From positions 1-62,690 of the IMG/VR virus record IMGVR_UViG_3300009156_000005: DNA of 62,690 bases. One strand, given 5' to 3'. The position numbers and the translations under genes are program-made. The notes beneath the pieces were generated by a model. That model had not been told where the DNA came from and ran no database searches. It saw only the letters and a list, made by a program, of their open reading frames with translations. The DNA is from a virus. Shown piece by piece: positions 33,831 to 46,200 of the stretch (its first letter is position 1; every line of letters begins with the position of its first letter).

Positions 33831-34328
33831 ATGCCAATGCAAATGGGCATGACCATACCAAGCGGCATGTTTGAAGGCATTGAAGATCTGATCAATCGCT
33901 GGCGGCGACCGACCAGCAACGACCTGACAACCATCGAGCGAGCGGTGCGCTACGGCTTTGCCGGTAACTTCGCCCGCCAAGCCGCCGGTGATAGCCCGCC
34001 GTGGGCACCCCTCGCGCCCCGCACGCGGCGTGAAAGAATCTTTCTTGGCTACAACCCGACGACGCCGATTTTGGTGCGTTCGGGACAATTCCGCCAATCG
34101 TGGCTGGCGCTCTATCCGGTTGGCTATCGCATTGTCAACTATGCCGCCGATGGCTGGACGATGCAGGTCGGCAGCAGTGACTTCCGCGCCGACCTCTTAG
34201 GGCTGGGTGTGCCCGCCCGCAACCTACCGGCGCGACCTGCGCATTACCTGGACACCGGCCAAATTAACAATATCGCCGGTGCCGTGACCGCTGTGCAGGA
34301 CAAAATCATAGCCGATCTTGGCTTATAA
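33831..34328 (+). CDS. Possible virion morphogenesis / tail completion protein (Mu gpG-like)
   Basis: AGGAG RBS. The motifs SPPWAPLAPRT...ILVRSGQFRQS resemble that family. Confidence 0.4.
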   Translation: MPMQMGMTIPSGMFEGIEDLINRWRRPTSNDLTTIERAVRYGFAGNFARQAAGDSPPWAPLAPRTRRERIFLGYNPTTPILVRSGQFRQSWLALYPVGYRIVNYAADGWTMQVGSSDFRADLLGLGVPARNLPARPAHYLDTGQINNIAGAVTAVQDKIIADLGL

Positions 34329-34337
34329 AAATTTATC

Positions 34338-36677
34338 ATGGCAAAAAAAAGCGTAACCTTTGATGTCAAAGTAAATACCCCAAGCGCCCAACAAGAAGCC
34401 ACGCGTGTTGCCAACATCTTTCAGACGGCTTTTAGCAAGCTGCAAGTAAGCACCAAAGCCTCTGCCAGTGGTGGCGGCGGCGGCGGTGGCGGCGGAAGTG
34501 GCAGCGGCGGCGGCTCCAACATGCCTGGTTCGAGTCTGCGCAACTTGGTCTTTGGCTCAGCGCAATATGCGTTGGCCGGTCAGTTCTATTCCTTCTACCA
34601 AAATCTTCCTGCCAATATCATGAACATCGACCGCATGGCGACCGCCAATCGCCGTGCCGCCGCTTCTTTTGCCACGATTGCCGGAAGCGCCGACAAAGCC
34701 AACAGCCTGGTCGATGCCTATATCAGAGGCACCGGCAACATCGCCACGCGTGGCGAAGCGATGACCGATGCCATGAAGCTCTTTAACCTGGGGCTAGCGA
34801 CCACCGAAACGCAAATGCAGAAGTTCACGACGGTCAGCCGTGGCATGTCGCAAGCGACCGGACGTGATGTGCAATACATCCAAGAACAATTTAGCTTGGC
34901 AATGGCAAACCAGTCATTGCTCAGGTTTGATCAGCTAGGGCTAAGCATCCAGCGTCACAAAGAGATCATGAAGGATCTGCAAAATCAGTATCCGGACATG
35001 ACGCGTGAAGTTGCTTTTCAAAACGCCATGTTGCAGCAAGCAACAGAGAAGTATTACGACCTGGCGACCGCCCAAGAAGCCCTGGCAACCAGCAGCGAGA
35101 TTGTCAGTCGAGCGGCACGCCAAGCCGCCGAAGATATTGGCCTGGTCATCCAAGAGCGCCTGATCAACCCGCGCATGGCCGAACTTGCCAGAGGCTTGGG
35201 GCAAACGGATATGGGCCTCTTCTTGCCCGACCTGGCGGCACGCAGGGAAGCGCACCAGCGTGACCTATTTGCACGCGAGCAGCGCGGCGGGCCTGGGCCA
35301 AGTGAATACTACGAAGCGGCTTTCCATCTGCAAAACCCGCAAGATGTTTACCAACGGGACATGGCGCGGCTGCGCACCAAGATCAAAGCCGAAGATACGA
35401 TGCTTGGACTTGGCGGGAAAATGTCGGCAGCGGAGACGATGGGCGTCAAGATCCCTGATCAGTGGCGCGACCAGTTTTCTAGGCTTAACGATGCCGTCGC
35501 TAATTTTGGCGTGATAACGCCACAGATGACGGCGCAGATTGACAACTTAAGTACCGCCGTTGATTTTCAGGTGGGCATCCTCAAAGACAAAGCCGATGCC
35601 GAAGATGCCGAAGCCGATGCCGTCTCAGGAGCGACCGCCGCCATTGAGGATATGGTGGCAGGGCTGCACGGCATTGGCACCAAGTTGGTCGATGACCTGC
35701 TTGAACGGGGCTTCTCTCCCGAAAAAATCCGCGACATGATGCCGTCCGAAGGCGACATTCAAGACCTGGCGCTACTCTACCAACAGCAAAAGATGTTGCA
35801 AGGCGACTATGTTTCGCAGGAGATTGCCAAAAAGTACGCCGAAAAAACTTTGTATGGCGGCATCCAAGATACGGTTGAAAGCATTGACGATGCGGCAAAG
35901 GCGTCAGAAAAAGCATCCAGAGCAGCGGAGAGCGCCGCAAAGAAGTGGGAAACGACGGTCAACACTACCGCCGACAAGCTCAAAAGCACCTTCTCCAGCA
36001 TGTTGCACAGCATCCCTGGACTTTTCGGGACAAGTGAAGTCAATGAGGATGACCTGTACTTAGCCAGTCAAGGCATACCGGTCAACTACGCCGATGACCC
36101 CTTGCGCCGCCTGGCAGATGTGGCGCTCAACAAGACCAAGCGTGATGACGTGGACTTGGGCGAGTGGGCGAGAGCCTTGCGCTTACCGGAAGGCACTGAC
36201 CCCAAAGCCCTGTATATCCTTGCCAAGCGTGCTTGGGAGAGCGGCGAGCTATTTGCCAACCCTGAGAACATCAACAAGTTTGTCAACAAGCAAGCGGTCG
36301 GCGGCGATCTGATGGGGCAGGAGTTTGCTTCACTTGGGCAACAAGCTCTTGAAGCCATGTTTGGCATCGGCACCCCCGAAGGCACAGAGTACCTTAGAGT
36401 TTTCGGGATAAAAGCACTTGAACCGATTCAGGATGGACTTATCACGGAAATCACAACGAAGGGGCCAGCAATGGGCAGCATCATTGCCGATGCCATGTAT
36501 GACGGTTTCCAAAGTCAAGCGATGTCCTTGCCGTGGGTATCCAAGCTGATGGAGATCATGACCGGTCAAGTCGGGCGCAGCATCGCCACCGAGATGAACA
36601 GCAATGCCACCAGTGACTTGGCAAGCTCAGAGGCGGTGCCTTATACGACTCCGGCAGGGGCGGGAGTGCTACATTGA
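34338..36677 (+). CDS. Tape measure protein
   Basis: 779-aa helical protein downstream of the chaperone pair. It has an N-terminal poly-Gly tract encoded by (GGC)n. Confidence 0.7.
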   Translation: MAKKSVTFDVKVNTPSAQQEATRVANIFQTAFSKLQVSTKASASGGGGGGGGGSGSGGGSNMPGSSLRNLVFGSAQYALAGQFYSFYQNLPANIMNIDRMATANRRAAASFATIAGSADKANSLVDAYIRGTGNIATRGEAMTDAMKLFNLGLATTETQMQKFTTVSRGMSQATGRDVQYIQEQFSLAMANQSLLRFDQLGLSIQRHKEIMKDLQNQYPDMTREVAFQNAMLQQATEKYYDLATAQEALATSSEIVSRAARQAAEDIGLVIQERLINPRMAELARGLGQTDMGLFLPDLAARREAHQRDLFAREQRGGPGPSEYYEAAFHLQNPQDVYQRDMARLRTKIKAEDTMLGLGGKMSAAETMGVKIPDQWRDQFSRLNDAVANFGVITPQMTAQIDNLSTAVDFQVGILKDKADAEDAEADAVSGATAAIEDMVAGLHGIGTKLVDDLLERGFSPEKIRDMMPSEGDIQDLALLYQQQKMLQGDYVSQEIAKKYAEKTLYGGIQDTVESIDDAAKASEKASRAAESAAKKWETTVNTTADKLKSTFSSMLHSIPGLFGTSEVNEDDLYLASQGIPVNYADDPLRRLADVALNKTKRDDVDLGEWARALRLPEGTDPKALYILAKRAWESGELFANPENINKFVNKQAVGGDLMGQEFASLGQQALEAMFGIGTPEGTEYLRVFGIKALEPIQDGLITEITTKGPAMGSIIADAMYDGFQSQAMSLPWVSKLMEIMTGQVGRSIATEMNSNATSDLASSEAVPYTTPAGAGVLH

Positions 36678-37099
36678 CCATCTATACCGATCCGCTCAAG
36701 CGCCCGATTGCGGGCAATCTCTATGTGCCTGACTCGATGGAAGCACGCGGCAGCATCAAGCCGATTCCACCGATTACCGGCCAACGCAATGGCATGGGCG
36801 AACAGATCCGTACCGGCATTTGGGGCTATGAGTGGCGCTTCAAGGTGATGAATAAAACAGAGTTTCAGTGGTGGGCCGACTTGGTTGACTTTGGCGAAGC
36901 AGTAGACTTTGGGCCGTTTAGCAAACGCTTTACCGAAATCGGCAGCGGCGGAAGCTACATGCCCGCTTGCCGTTTGTGGGTAAACAATACCTTTATCCTC
37001 AACTTCCGCGAGGCTGTGGTTGACCTCCCGACCTGGCAAGAATACAAAAATGGGCTGTACCACGATTGCCTGGTCAAGTTCGCCTTTATGACGGTCTAA
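36674..37099 (+). CDS. Putative distal tail protein (141 aa)
   Basis: The TTG start overlaps the tape measure stop. Assigned by position. Confidence 0.45.
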   Translation: MTIYTDPLKRPIAGNLYVPDSMEARGSIKPIPPITGQRNGMGEQIRTGIWGYEWRFKVMNKTEFQWWADLVDFGEAVDFGPFSKRFTEIGSGGSYMPACRLWVNNTFILNFREAVVDLPTWQEYKNGLYHDCLVKFAFMTV

Positions 37100-37103
37100 T
37101 CCT

Positions 37104-40100
37104 ATGACCCTCAATGCGATGACCTTCAACGCCTATATCGGGCCGCGCCATGTGGCGACGGATGACCCGACCGCTTTTGGGCATTGGAGTTGGGTGCAAG
37201 AACTCTATGACCTACCGGCTCCCCCCCTGCGCTACATGGGCCAAATGAGCTTGACGGCGACCGTCGGTTCGGGAAACCTGACCATCACCATCAGCGGCGG
37301 CACAGGCATCCCCAATGGCGGCGGGCTGTGGGTAGGGCCAAATGCGGTGGGCGAAGGCTGGGAGTACATGCCCTACTACAAGAGCGGGGCGATCATCAAT
37401 GTGCAGCGCACAATCCCCGAAGGGCAAAACGGCTTTCACACAAGCGGCGCGCCGGTCTATCTGTGGTATCCGCTCCAGAACAACAATGGCGTTGTCCAGT
37501 ACGACGAAGAGCTTTCCGAAAACACCGCCACCGTGACCTGGACAGCCAAACTCTCCGGCGTAGCAGCACCGGCAAGCATCCTCAAGCCTGAGCATCTGCT
37601 TGTCGTGACAATCGCAACGCCGCCATATTCATTGGCCGAAAACCAACATCACCAGTATTTCGTGGGGCTGGTCGAGCGGGTGAGCATGAGCCAAGACTTT
37701 AACATGCAAGGCACATGGGAGATTGACATAACCTCATCGGCAAGGCTCCTGCAAGTCTCGCAAGTCCCTGCACTCCGGCTGGGGCCGCTCGATGTCGGTG
37801 TGCAAGCACAGGCGACCGCCAGTTCAAGCCTGGGGGCCAACTGGAAGTTGATCTACCCGCAACTCGAAGAAATCAAGACCGGTGCGCGACCGGAACTCGA
37901 CATTGTTGAGCTACAGGTCGATTGTGAGCCAAGCAACATCACCGACGGCAACGAAGATACGGTGTGGGTGAGCGACGGTTGGCTGGGCGCTCGTGCTGCT
38001 TATGCCAATACCAAAGATAAAAAAGCCTGGATGAGTCTCTTTGTCGTGCCGCCGCCGGTTGACTTTTACGGCTGCAAGTACATCGAGATTATCAACACCG
38101 ACAACATGGACAACTCTTGGCTGTACATCTTCTCCAAGTGGAAAGACACGGCGGGCGTCTATCACAAACGCTGGTTTCAGGGAGGCAACTCCGACACCTT
38201 TGCCAAATACGGCGGCATGGATGACACGACGATCTCGAAGCCGGATCTGCGCATGGTGATAGCCGAAGATGCTTCGGTGTTCAAGCGGATCTTTCCCGCC
38301 GCCAAGCCGACGACCTTGATCGATGCCTCAACATTGGTGCCCAAAGACGACTTGGGGACGAACATTGAGCTTGTGCGCCGCGTGTGGTGGGAAGGTGGGG
38401 CCATCTTCTTACGCTGGGTACTCGGCGGCAGTTCGGGGCGTGATTCGCTGGTCAGTTGGGGCGATGTCACCCTGACTGAGCTACAAGATGAGTGGGCCAT
38501 TTCCGGCACCGGCGACTTTTCTTTTCCTGGCCGTGACGCGCACATTGCCTATGGGCCTTTTGATGGCACCAAGCCTGTAATTTTACCAGGCCAAGTTTTT
38601 AGACGTGACTTGCTCGAAGGCACTGCCGTCACCCACGCCTACACCGTAGATTATGTCCATGCGCCTGGCTATCAGATTGCCGACCAACGGACGGACGATG
38701 ACCCTGACGACCATCCTTCGGTCGGCGTTGAGTATCTGATCTTCAAGTTGCCGGAGATGAGCCACTTCTTATTTGAGGACATTGCGCTTGGCACCACTTC
38801 CATACGGGTGGTAGACAGCCAACAGCATCCCAACGTCGAAGGGCTGAGCTTGCATCAGACGACGCCTGGCTTCGGCTCCGGCTTTATCATCATCGACACC
38901 GAACTCATCCCCTACACAGGAAAAGATTATAAGACCGGCACCTTGACCGGCTGCACGGTGAATAACACGCACAAGGCCGGTGCGCGTGTCTATGTGCGGT
39001 GGAATGTCAACGCCTATGGCCGTGGCAATGCCTTTAACATTGTCGCCGTTGACGCCGATGAACGGAAGCCGATGCAGGGAGCCAGCTTCCGCATTGCCAG
39101 TTGTGCCTATCCCCTGGCAGGGCTGGAGTGGGGCAGAGGCAAGTTTCGGGCCGCGCCGCACGCCGACCGCCATCCTTATCTCAAAAACTTTACGTGGTGG
39201 TTCAGTCTCGATGAAGATCCGCCAGCGCCAACCGAACCCTTTTTCCCGAATGGCTATTTGGGCACGCTGATTGACAGCACCGCTTCCGGCTATCCGCACT
39301 CGGCAGCAGGGGTGCCCAATGCTTCGATTGACCTGACGCATAGCCACTTTGCCGAAGTCAGCGGCGATGGCTTTCGCCCCAAGAGCATGATGCTCGATAT
39401 GCGGGCGATGGCAAATGCCGCCGCGACCATTATCACGGCAAGGCCAATGCTCAACTATATGCGGTGTCTGGTAGACCGCCGCTATTACAACCCTGAAACT
39501 TGGTTGGATGCGGGCGACTATGGCAGCGGCTACAACAACGAAGTCCAGATCCAGGCGCTCATGCGCTTATCAGGACAAGATGCGGGCTTCTTTGGCACCG
39601 GCGGCTCCGGCCTCTTCGCCCGCGGTGCCCGCAAGATTGGCGTGACCGAAGCGGGCAACGCCTGGCAAATCGCCTCCGACATGGCCGACTATGGCTCCAG
39701 CCTGATCCGTGCGCAGCGCAACTCTGTGATTCTGATCACGCAAAATCCTTTCCTGCTCAGTGCAACGCACACACCGGTCAAGACCTTTACCCGCACCGAA
39801 ATCATGAGTCTGGAAACGGTCAACGTGCGCCCTAGCGAAGTCGCCCAAGTGCGCCTGACCTGGGAAGATCCCAACACGAAGGTGAAAGGCATGGTCTTTT
39901 ACCCGCCGACCAACCTGATGCGACCAGGCGGCACCATCGTGGATGTCGGGCCGATGTTGGCCGACGACGATGCCGATGCGCAAATTCTCTGTACCAATTT
40001 GTACCGCATGAAAAGGTTTGCCTACAACGTTTTTGTTGAGCTTGACCTGTCGGACGTTGACTTTGAGATCCAGTGCGGGCACATCCATCAAGTCCAGTAC

Positions 40101-40226
40101 GATTTTCTAGGCAACAAGCAACCTTTCATCAAGCACCTGATGGTGGAGACGGTCAGCCGTACCTTGCAAGATGGCACCTTGCGCTTGCAACTTGGCTATC
40201 GGGAGATTGATAGGGAGAGTTACTAA
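37104..40226 (+). CDS. Large tail tip / host-specificity protein (1040 aa)
   Basis: Assigned by size and by position after the tape measure and distal tail genes. Confidence 0.55.
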   Translation: MTLNAMTFNAYIGPRHVATDDPTAFGHWSWVQELYDLPAPPLRYMGQMSLTATVGSGNLTITISGGTGIPNGGGLWVGPNAVGEGWEYMPYYKSGAIINVQRTIPEGQNGFHTSGAPVYLWYPLQNNNGVVQYDEELSENTATVTWTAKLSGVAAPASILKPEHLLVVTIATPPYSLAENQHHQYFVGLVERVSMSQDFNMQGTWEIDITSSARLLQVSQVPALRLGPLDVGVQAQATASSSLGANWKLIYPQLEEIKTGARPELDIVELQVDCEPSNITDGNEDTVWVSDGWLGARAAYANTKDKKAWMSLFVVPPPVDFYGCKYIEIINTDNMDNSWLYIFSKWKDTAGVYHKRWFQGGNSDTFAKYGGMDDTTISKPDLRMVIAEDASVFKRIFPAAKPTTLIDASTLVPKDDLGTNIELVRRVWWEGGAIFLRWVLGGSSGRDSLVSWGDVTLTELQDEWAISGTGDFSFPGRDAHIAYGPFDGTKPVILPGQVFRRDLLEGTAVTHAYTVDYVHAPGYQIADQRTDDDPDDHPSVGVEYLIFKLPEMSHFLFEDIALGTTSIRVVDSQQHPNVEGLSLHQTTPGFGSGFIIIDTELIPYTGKDYKTGTLTGCTVNNTHKAGARVYVRWNVNAYGRGNAFNIVAVDADERKPMQGASFRIASCAYPLAGLEWGRGKFRAAPHADRHPYLKNFTWWFSLDEDPPAPTEPFFPNGYLGTLIDSTASGYPHSAAGVPNASIDLTHSHFAEVSGDGFRPKSMMLDMRAMANAAATIITARPMLNYMRCLVDRRYYNPETWLDAGDYGSGYNNEVQIQALMRLSGQDAGFFGTGGSGLFARGARKIGVTEAGNAWQIASDMADYGSSLIRAQRNSVILITQNPFLLSATHTPVKTFTRTEIMSLETVNVRPSEVAQVRLTWEDPNTKVKGMVFYPPTNLMRPGGTIVDVGPMLADDDADAQILCTNLYRMKRFAYNVFVELDLSDVDFEIQCGHIHQVQYDFLGNKQPFIKHLMVETVSRTLQDGTLRLQLGYREIDRESY

Positions 40227-43200
40227 TGGGCCAAGCCCTCAATCGAATTATCAAGCGAACTTTACAGAACGAATACCGGCGGCAAACACAGCGCCGCAGC
40301 GGTGTCGTCAAAGCGGCTGTTGCCGCCGTGGTCAGCGGGCCATCGACGCTCACGCTGGGCGGGCAAGCGACCAGTGCCTTTGCCGTCGATGCGCCGCCAG
40401 GGAGCCTGGTTGCCGTGCAAAACATCGGGCGACCGGCCAATGCCGTCTACGCGCCAGCGCGAGCATCAGCCGTCTTTGCCGTCGGCGGTGCCGGTGGTGG
40501 TAGCGGGGGTGGTGGCGGCGGCGGCGGGCCAACCTATAGCGCCGGTGCCGGTATCGACATCACCAGCACTGTCATTAGCACGAAAAACAAGAGCGCGGGC
40601 GGCATCGCCTCGGACAGCAGCGGCAACTTCTTAATCTTGCCAATCAACTCAGGGCTGATTCTCGATGGCAGCGGTCTAAAGGTAGACCCTGGCGACGGCA
40701 TTGATATTTTGTCCACCGGCGTCTCGGTCGATGTCACCGACCTGATTGATACGACAAAGGGCTTGGGCGAAGATGGGGCCAATAATATTTATGTGAAACT
40801 TTCTAGCAACCCTGGCTTGGAGTTTCGCTCCGGCGGCGGCTTGGCACTGGCGCTTGGCGATGACCTGACCTACGCCACGACCAATGCCACGACAGCCACC
40901 GGCCATACCCATGCCGTGACAAGTTCAGCCGATGTCTCGGTCACGCAAATTGCTACTTTGCTCAGATCCGGCAACAGCGGCGAGCTTGGACTTCGCCAGC
41001 TAACTTTAAGGGGCAACCTAATCTTTCAAGCCGGTGATAGGTCAATCACGGCGACCAACCGCTTGACGATTGCACCGGCTGATGACCTGCAATTGTGGCC
41101 GACGGCGGGCAAGTTAATCACCGTCCGCAATAGCCAAACCACAAAGACCGTCAATGCCCAAGATAACATCGGCGGCATCAGCGGCTTTAACATCTTTGAC
41201 AGCCAGCCACCGGCCAACTACATGCAACTCACGATTGCTAATATCAAGGCCGATAATATCTTCGCACGCAAGTTCACCGCCGATGAAGCCAGAGTTGCCA
41301 GAGGCGAATGGTGGTTGACCCGTTCCTTTGGTGTTGTCGAGACAACGTATGACGCCTTGCCCGCGCCTGGGAGCCAGATGGACATTTGGTTTGAAGAAGC
41401 GCCGCAACTTGGCAACTTCAAGCTCTTTGACCCTGGCAATTGGGCGATGTTTAGAATCATCGACATCGCCCACGGCACCCCTGCGGCGACGATCTATGTA
41501 ACGATTGTCGATGTGCCCCCCAATGGCTATATCGCCAGAGAAGCGCAGACCGCCGACGGCGTTGTGCCGCCACACATGGCGCGCCAAAAGTGGCGCTTGC
41601 TGGTCAAGGCGGGCGGCTTTACCGGCCAACCGATTGCCAAAGGTGAAGTCTTGGCCGACATCGGTTTGCCCGCCAACGGCACGACCGACCTGATCGGGCA
41701 AGGCAGCATCTACATGAACGCTTTGCACGGCAAGGACGAAGGCTCGGAAGGGCCATTTGTCAACGTGCAGACCTTTGACCATGTGACCTCCAACATCCCT
41801 TACTTCAAGAGTCGGGTGCGCATCGGCAACCTGCACAATGTCGTGGACTACACCGATGACATCTTTGGTTTTGCCGCCGGTAATGACCTGTCATCGGTGC
41901 CGACGGCGGGCTTTAGCGGGGCGACGGTCGATACGACGGTGGGCATGAGATTGTTCAACACCGACCTCGCGCTCTATGACGCCGCCGCTAAAGTTGTCAC
42001 GCTAACTCGAAGCGAAGGGCTGACGTTGGTTCAAGACCAGAACATGCTTGACAAAGCGTATGCCTATCTTGGCTGGGTAGACTACTTTGGCGTGGGCAAC
42101 AAGTTGGTCTCCTGGTTGGCGGCGGCGAACGGCGGCACTCCTGGCGACAGCTATTTGCAATTGCAAGCAACGAGCTTCGCTTCGGGCGCAGAAGCCGGTA
42201 TCACGATTGGGGCTAACTCGCCGGATGCCGGTGCCCGCCTCTCGCTCAACACAAGTGGCATCAACGGCGATGTCTTTTTGGTGGCGGGCGGCAATTCTGC
42301 ACACATGCTGCTGGCGGCAACCGAAATCCACATGCAAAAAAAGGTCTTGATCGCAGACCTGAGCGTGACGCCGATAGCACCGCTTCATGTTTACGAAGCG
42401 TCCAACAACATCAATGAGTCGGCGGGCATCCTGATCGACCAGGGCAGTAATGGCGATGCCGTCATTCACTGGCGCATCAATCCTATCGACAAATATTTCA
42501 CCGCCGGTATTGACAATTCCGATGGCCGCAAGTTCAAGATCTCGGCGGGTACTACGCTGGGCGGCTCCAGCGGTCTCAATGACTTTATCACGCTAGACCC
42601 AACGACCGGCACCGTCACCATCAAGGGCTTGACGGTCGGGCCATCGGCTCCCGCCGATCTGGTTGCCGGAAGTGGCATCCAACTGATAGGGCCGACGATT
42701 CAGGTCGATCCATCGGTGGTGCGCACAAGCCGCATCTTGACCGCCGGTGCCGGTCTGACTGGCGGCGGCACCCTGGCGACGACGGTTACCTTTGACATTG
42801 ACCTGGCAAGTCCAGCGGGCTTGACATTGGCGGGCAATGAATTAGCCCTCGCTGAGTCGGTGGCGGGCGTTGGCCTGATCATGGAAAGTAAAGTGCTGCG
42901 CGTAGATCCGGCGCTCTTTACCCGCACAAGCACGCAAGTGATCGTCCATGCGCCGCTCGATGGCGGCGGGCCACTGAGCGACGACATTGATATTTACCTG
43001 CAAATTGCCACTGGCAGCGGCTTGTTTGTGCAGAGCGGCATCAATCCTGGCTTGCGCGTTGACCCCTCGATTGCCGGTACAGGGCTGGAGATGCTGGTTC
43101 CTGGCGTCTTGAGCATTGACCCTGACTATGCAGGGGGCGGCGGCAGCGGCACCGTCGGTGACTTGAATGTGACCGCGCCTATCACCGGTGGCGGGCCAAT

Positions 43201-46200
43201 GAGCGCCGATGTCACTGTCGGTCTAAAACTTCACACGACAAGCCCAGGGCTACAAGTAGATGGCACGAGCGGCGGCTTAAAAGTAGACAGCACAATTGCC
43301 CTCAACACACTGACAGTGGGGGCCGGAAATGGCTTGAGCGGCGGCGGTGCCATCAGCACCAATCCGGTCTTGAACATCGGCGGCGGCACGGCCATTGATG
43401 TCTTTGCCGACAACATTGATGTCAAGCTGGCAGCGACTTCCGGCCTGAACAAAACATCCGGCCTGGCAATCGGCGGCGGCACCGCCATTCAAGTGCTGGC
43501 AAGCAACATTGATGTGCTTCTCGCAGCAAATTCAGGGCTAGTCAAAGGTTCCGGCCTGGCAGTAGACCCGCTCTTGGCGGGCAATGGTTTGCTTCTGACG
43601 GCTGGCAAGATTGATGTGGTGCCCGCCGATACGACCTTGACGGTTGCCGCCGACAACATCAAAGTCAACCAGGCGTTTGACTTTAACTGGACAGGCGCAC
43701 AGACGTGGGCGGCGGGCAAGACACAGACCCATAACGGGCCGGTCATCTTCAACCAAGACAGCACTTTCAACACCGGCGTCTTTACTTTTAATACCAATCC
43801 CAAGATAGCCGCCAATATCGACTTCATCAATGGGCCGCGCCAGATTACCACACAGGGTACGGATGACCTGGCGCTTGTGCCTGGCGGTTCGGTCACGCTC
43901 AGCCCGAACACCAATGTTGTCTACCCCAAGACGACTTTCCTGACCGACATCGGTGCCTACAACCGCAAGTTCCGCACGCTCTACATTGGCGAGTTGTATG
44001 CCGAAACACTTGTCGCCCAAAAAGTAATGGCGACTGTGGGTGGCAGAGTCATGATTGCGCCAACCAATGTGCTTGTCGCCCAAATCTTAGCCAGTGCCAC
44101 GCCGACAACCACGATTCATGTCAAGTACAACAACTTCCAGAACGGCTCCTACATCATGTTTGAGTCGGCTCCTGGCGGTGCGGCGCAATTTGAAGTGATG
44201 AAAGTCACCAGTGTGGCGGGCGGTGTGGTCGGTGATTACACCTACACGGTCACCCGCGACCAGGATCTCACCGGCGCAAATCAGTGGGAGATAGGCGATG
44301 CCTGTGTCGATTGGGGCTTCGCCGCGGGCCAGGGCTACATTGACCTGACCAGCACGACGACCGCGCTCAACTCGAAGAGCGGGCCAACCATCACCGTCTA
44401 CTCACGCACCAGCACCGCAGCCTGGAACAACATCAAGCCGGTGACGACGATGGGTAACCTGAAAGGTTTTGTCGGCTTTGGCGGCGATGAGTTTGGCTTT
44501 GCGGCGGGCAACGACCTTACGATTAACCCGCTAACCACAAGCGGCTTTTCCGGCTTTAGCATCGACAAGACCAACGGATTGAGGCTCTTTAATACCGACC
44601 TCAACTTCTTCATTGGCACGACCAACTCGATGCTGATCGATGACAGCAGCGGTATCAAGTTTCTCTACCAGACGCTCGGTTCCCCGACCAACAACCCGCT
44701 CTATCAAATCGAATGGGATACCTCACTGACCGCTCCTGACCTGTCGAACCAGTCGCGGCTCAGTGCCTACCGCGCCGGTGTCGATAGCTTCTTCCGCATT
44801 AGTCAAGTGACAACGGCGGGGGCCAGCCTCCTTCATCTCTCCAGCACAGGCTCAAACAACGGCAACGGCGCGCTTGCCCTGCACAACGATTATGTCACCC
44901 TCCAGCATACCAAGTTGGGTGCGCTTGCCCAAATCATCCTCAAGGATAGCCGCGTTTGGATCAGCGATGGTGGACTCAGTGACCCGCCACCTGTGGCGAC
45001 ATCCTCGCTTCATCTTTATCACAACAACGCCTTCACCGGCAGCAATGCGGGCATCACCGTCGAGCAGTTGGGGGGGGGTGACAGCCAGATTCAATTCTTG
45101 CTGACCGGCGTGCGCCGCTGGACAGTGGGTGCCGACAACAGCGACCTCCAGAAGTTTAAGATTGCCAACAATGCCGCGCTTGGCTCCGCTGATGTTTTCA
45201 CGATAGACACAGCGGGCTTTGCGGGCTTTGGCCTCAGTGATCCGTTTACAGAACTTGAAGTGTTGTCCCCAACTAGCAATCTTCATCGTGGCATTTCGGT
45301 GACGCAGGTTGGGTTGACAACTGGCGGCGCGCCGCTGACCTTTTTCAAGGCGCGCGGCACACGCGCGGCAAAAACGGTTGTTGTGACTGGCGACAACTTG
45401 GGAATTGTGCGCGGGTACGGTTGGGATGGCTTGGCCTGGGCGGAGGGGGCGCGCATTGCCTACGTCACCAATGGCACCATCGGCGCGGGCGCGATGCCGA
45501 CCGACATGGTTTTTTCTACGGCGGGTGCCACTGGCGGTATTGTCGAAGAAATGCGCTTGACAGCGGCGGGTAATCTTGGCATCGGCACAGCGGGACCAAG
45601 TGCGCCCTTGCATGTCATGGCGGCTGACCTAACCACCCGCGAGACGCTTGCCAAGTTCATGCTCAACGTCAACACCTCGTCCAACTTGTTCATCTACAAT
45701 GCGACCACGGCGGCAGGGGCGAACATGGCGGCAATCGGCGGCGTCAGTAGCACCACGGCACGCTCCATCCTGGGGATTGATTCCTATACCACGGTGGATA
45801 GCAGCACACAGCCGATGACCCGCTTTAACGCCGTCATCACCGACAATCTAGGCGATCCGGCCAACGGAGTTTTCTCCAGTGTTACGGTGCGCCCACTTTT
45901 CGCTTGGCAAAACAACGGTGCGGCGAGAATGACAATGCTGGCTAGTGGCTTTGTTGGCATCGGCCAGGATGCAACCACGCCCACCAATCCCCTGCATGTC
46001 CGCACCGACCAGAACACCAACACGATTATCGCGGTGGAAAATCAAGACCCTGGGACGGGTGCTGGAGTGGCGTTCTCAGCAACCAATGGCACTAGCTCGA
46101 TGTCGATGCAAAAGCGTGGGGCTAATTATACGGCTGGTGCGCTTGGGGCCAACACTGGCTTCCTCTACAACAGCGGGGCGGGCGACATTGCCATTTACAA

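Noticed and set aside
33508-33861. Minus-strand 117-aa ORF between the tail chaperone and the next tail gene
   Set aside because: The same DNA is explained by the -1 frame extension of the chaperone on the plus strand, which has the slippery site and a protein-like sequence.
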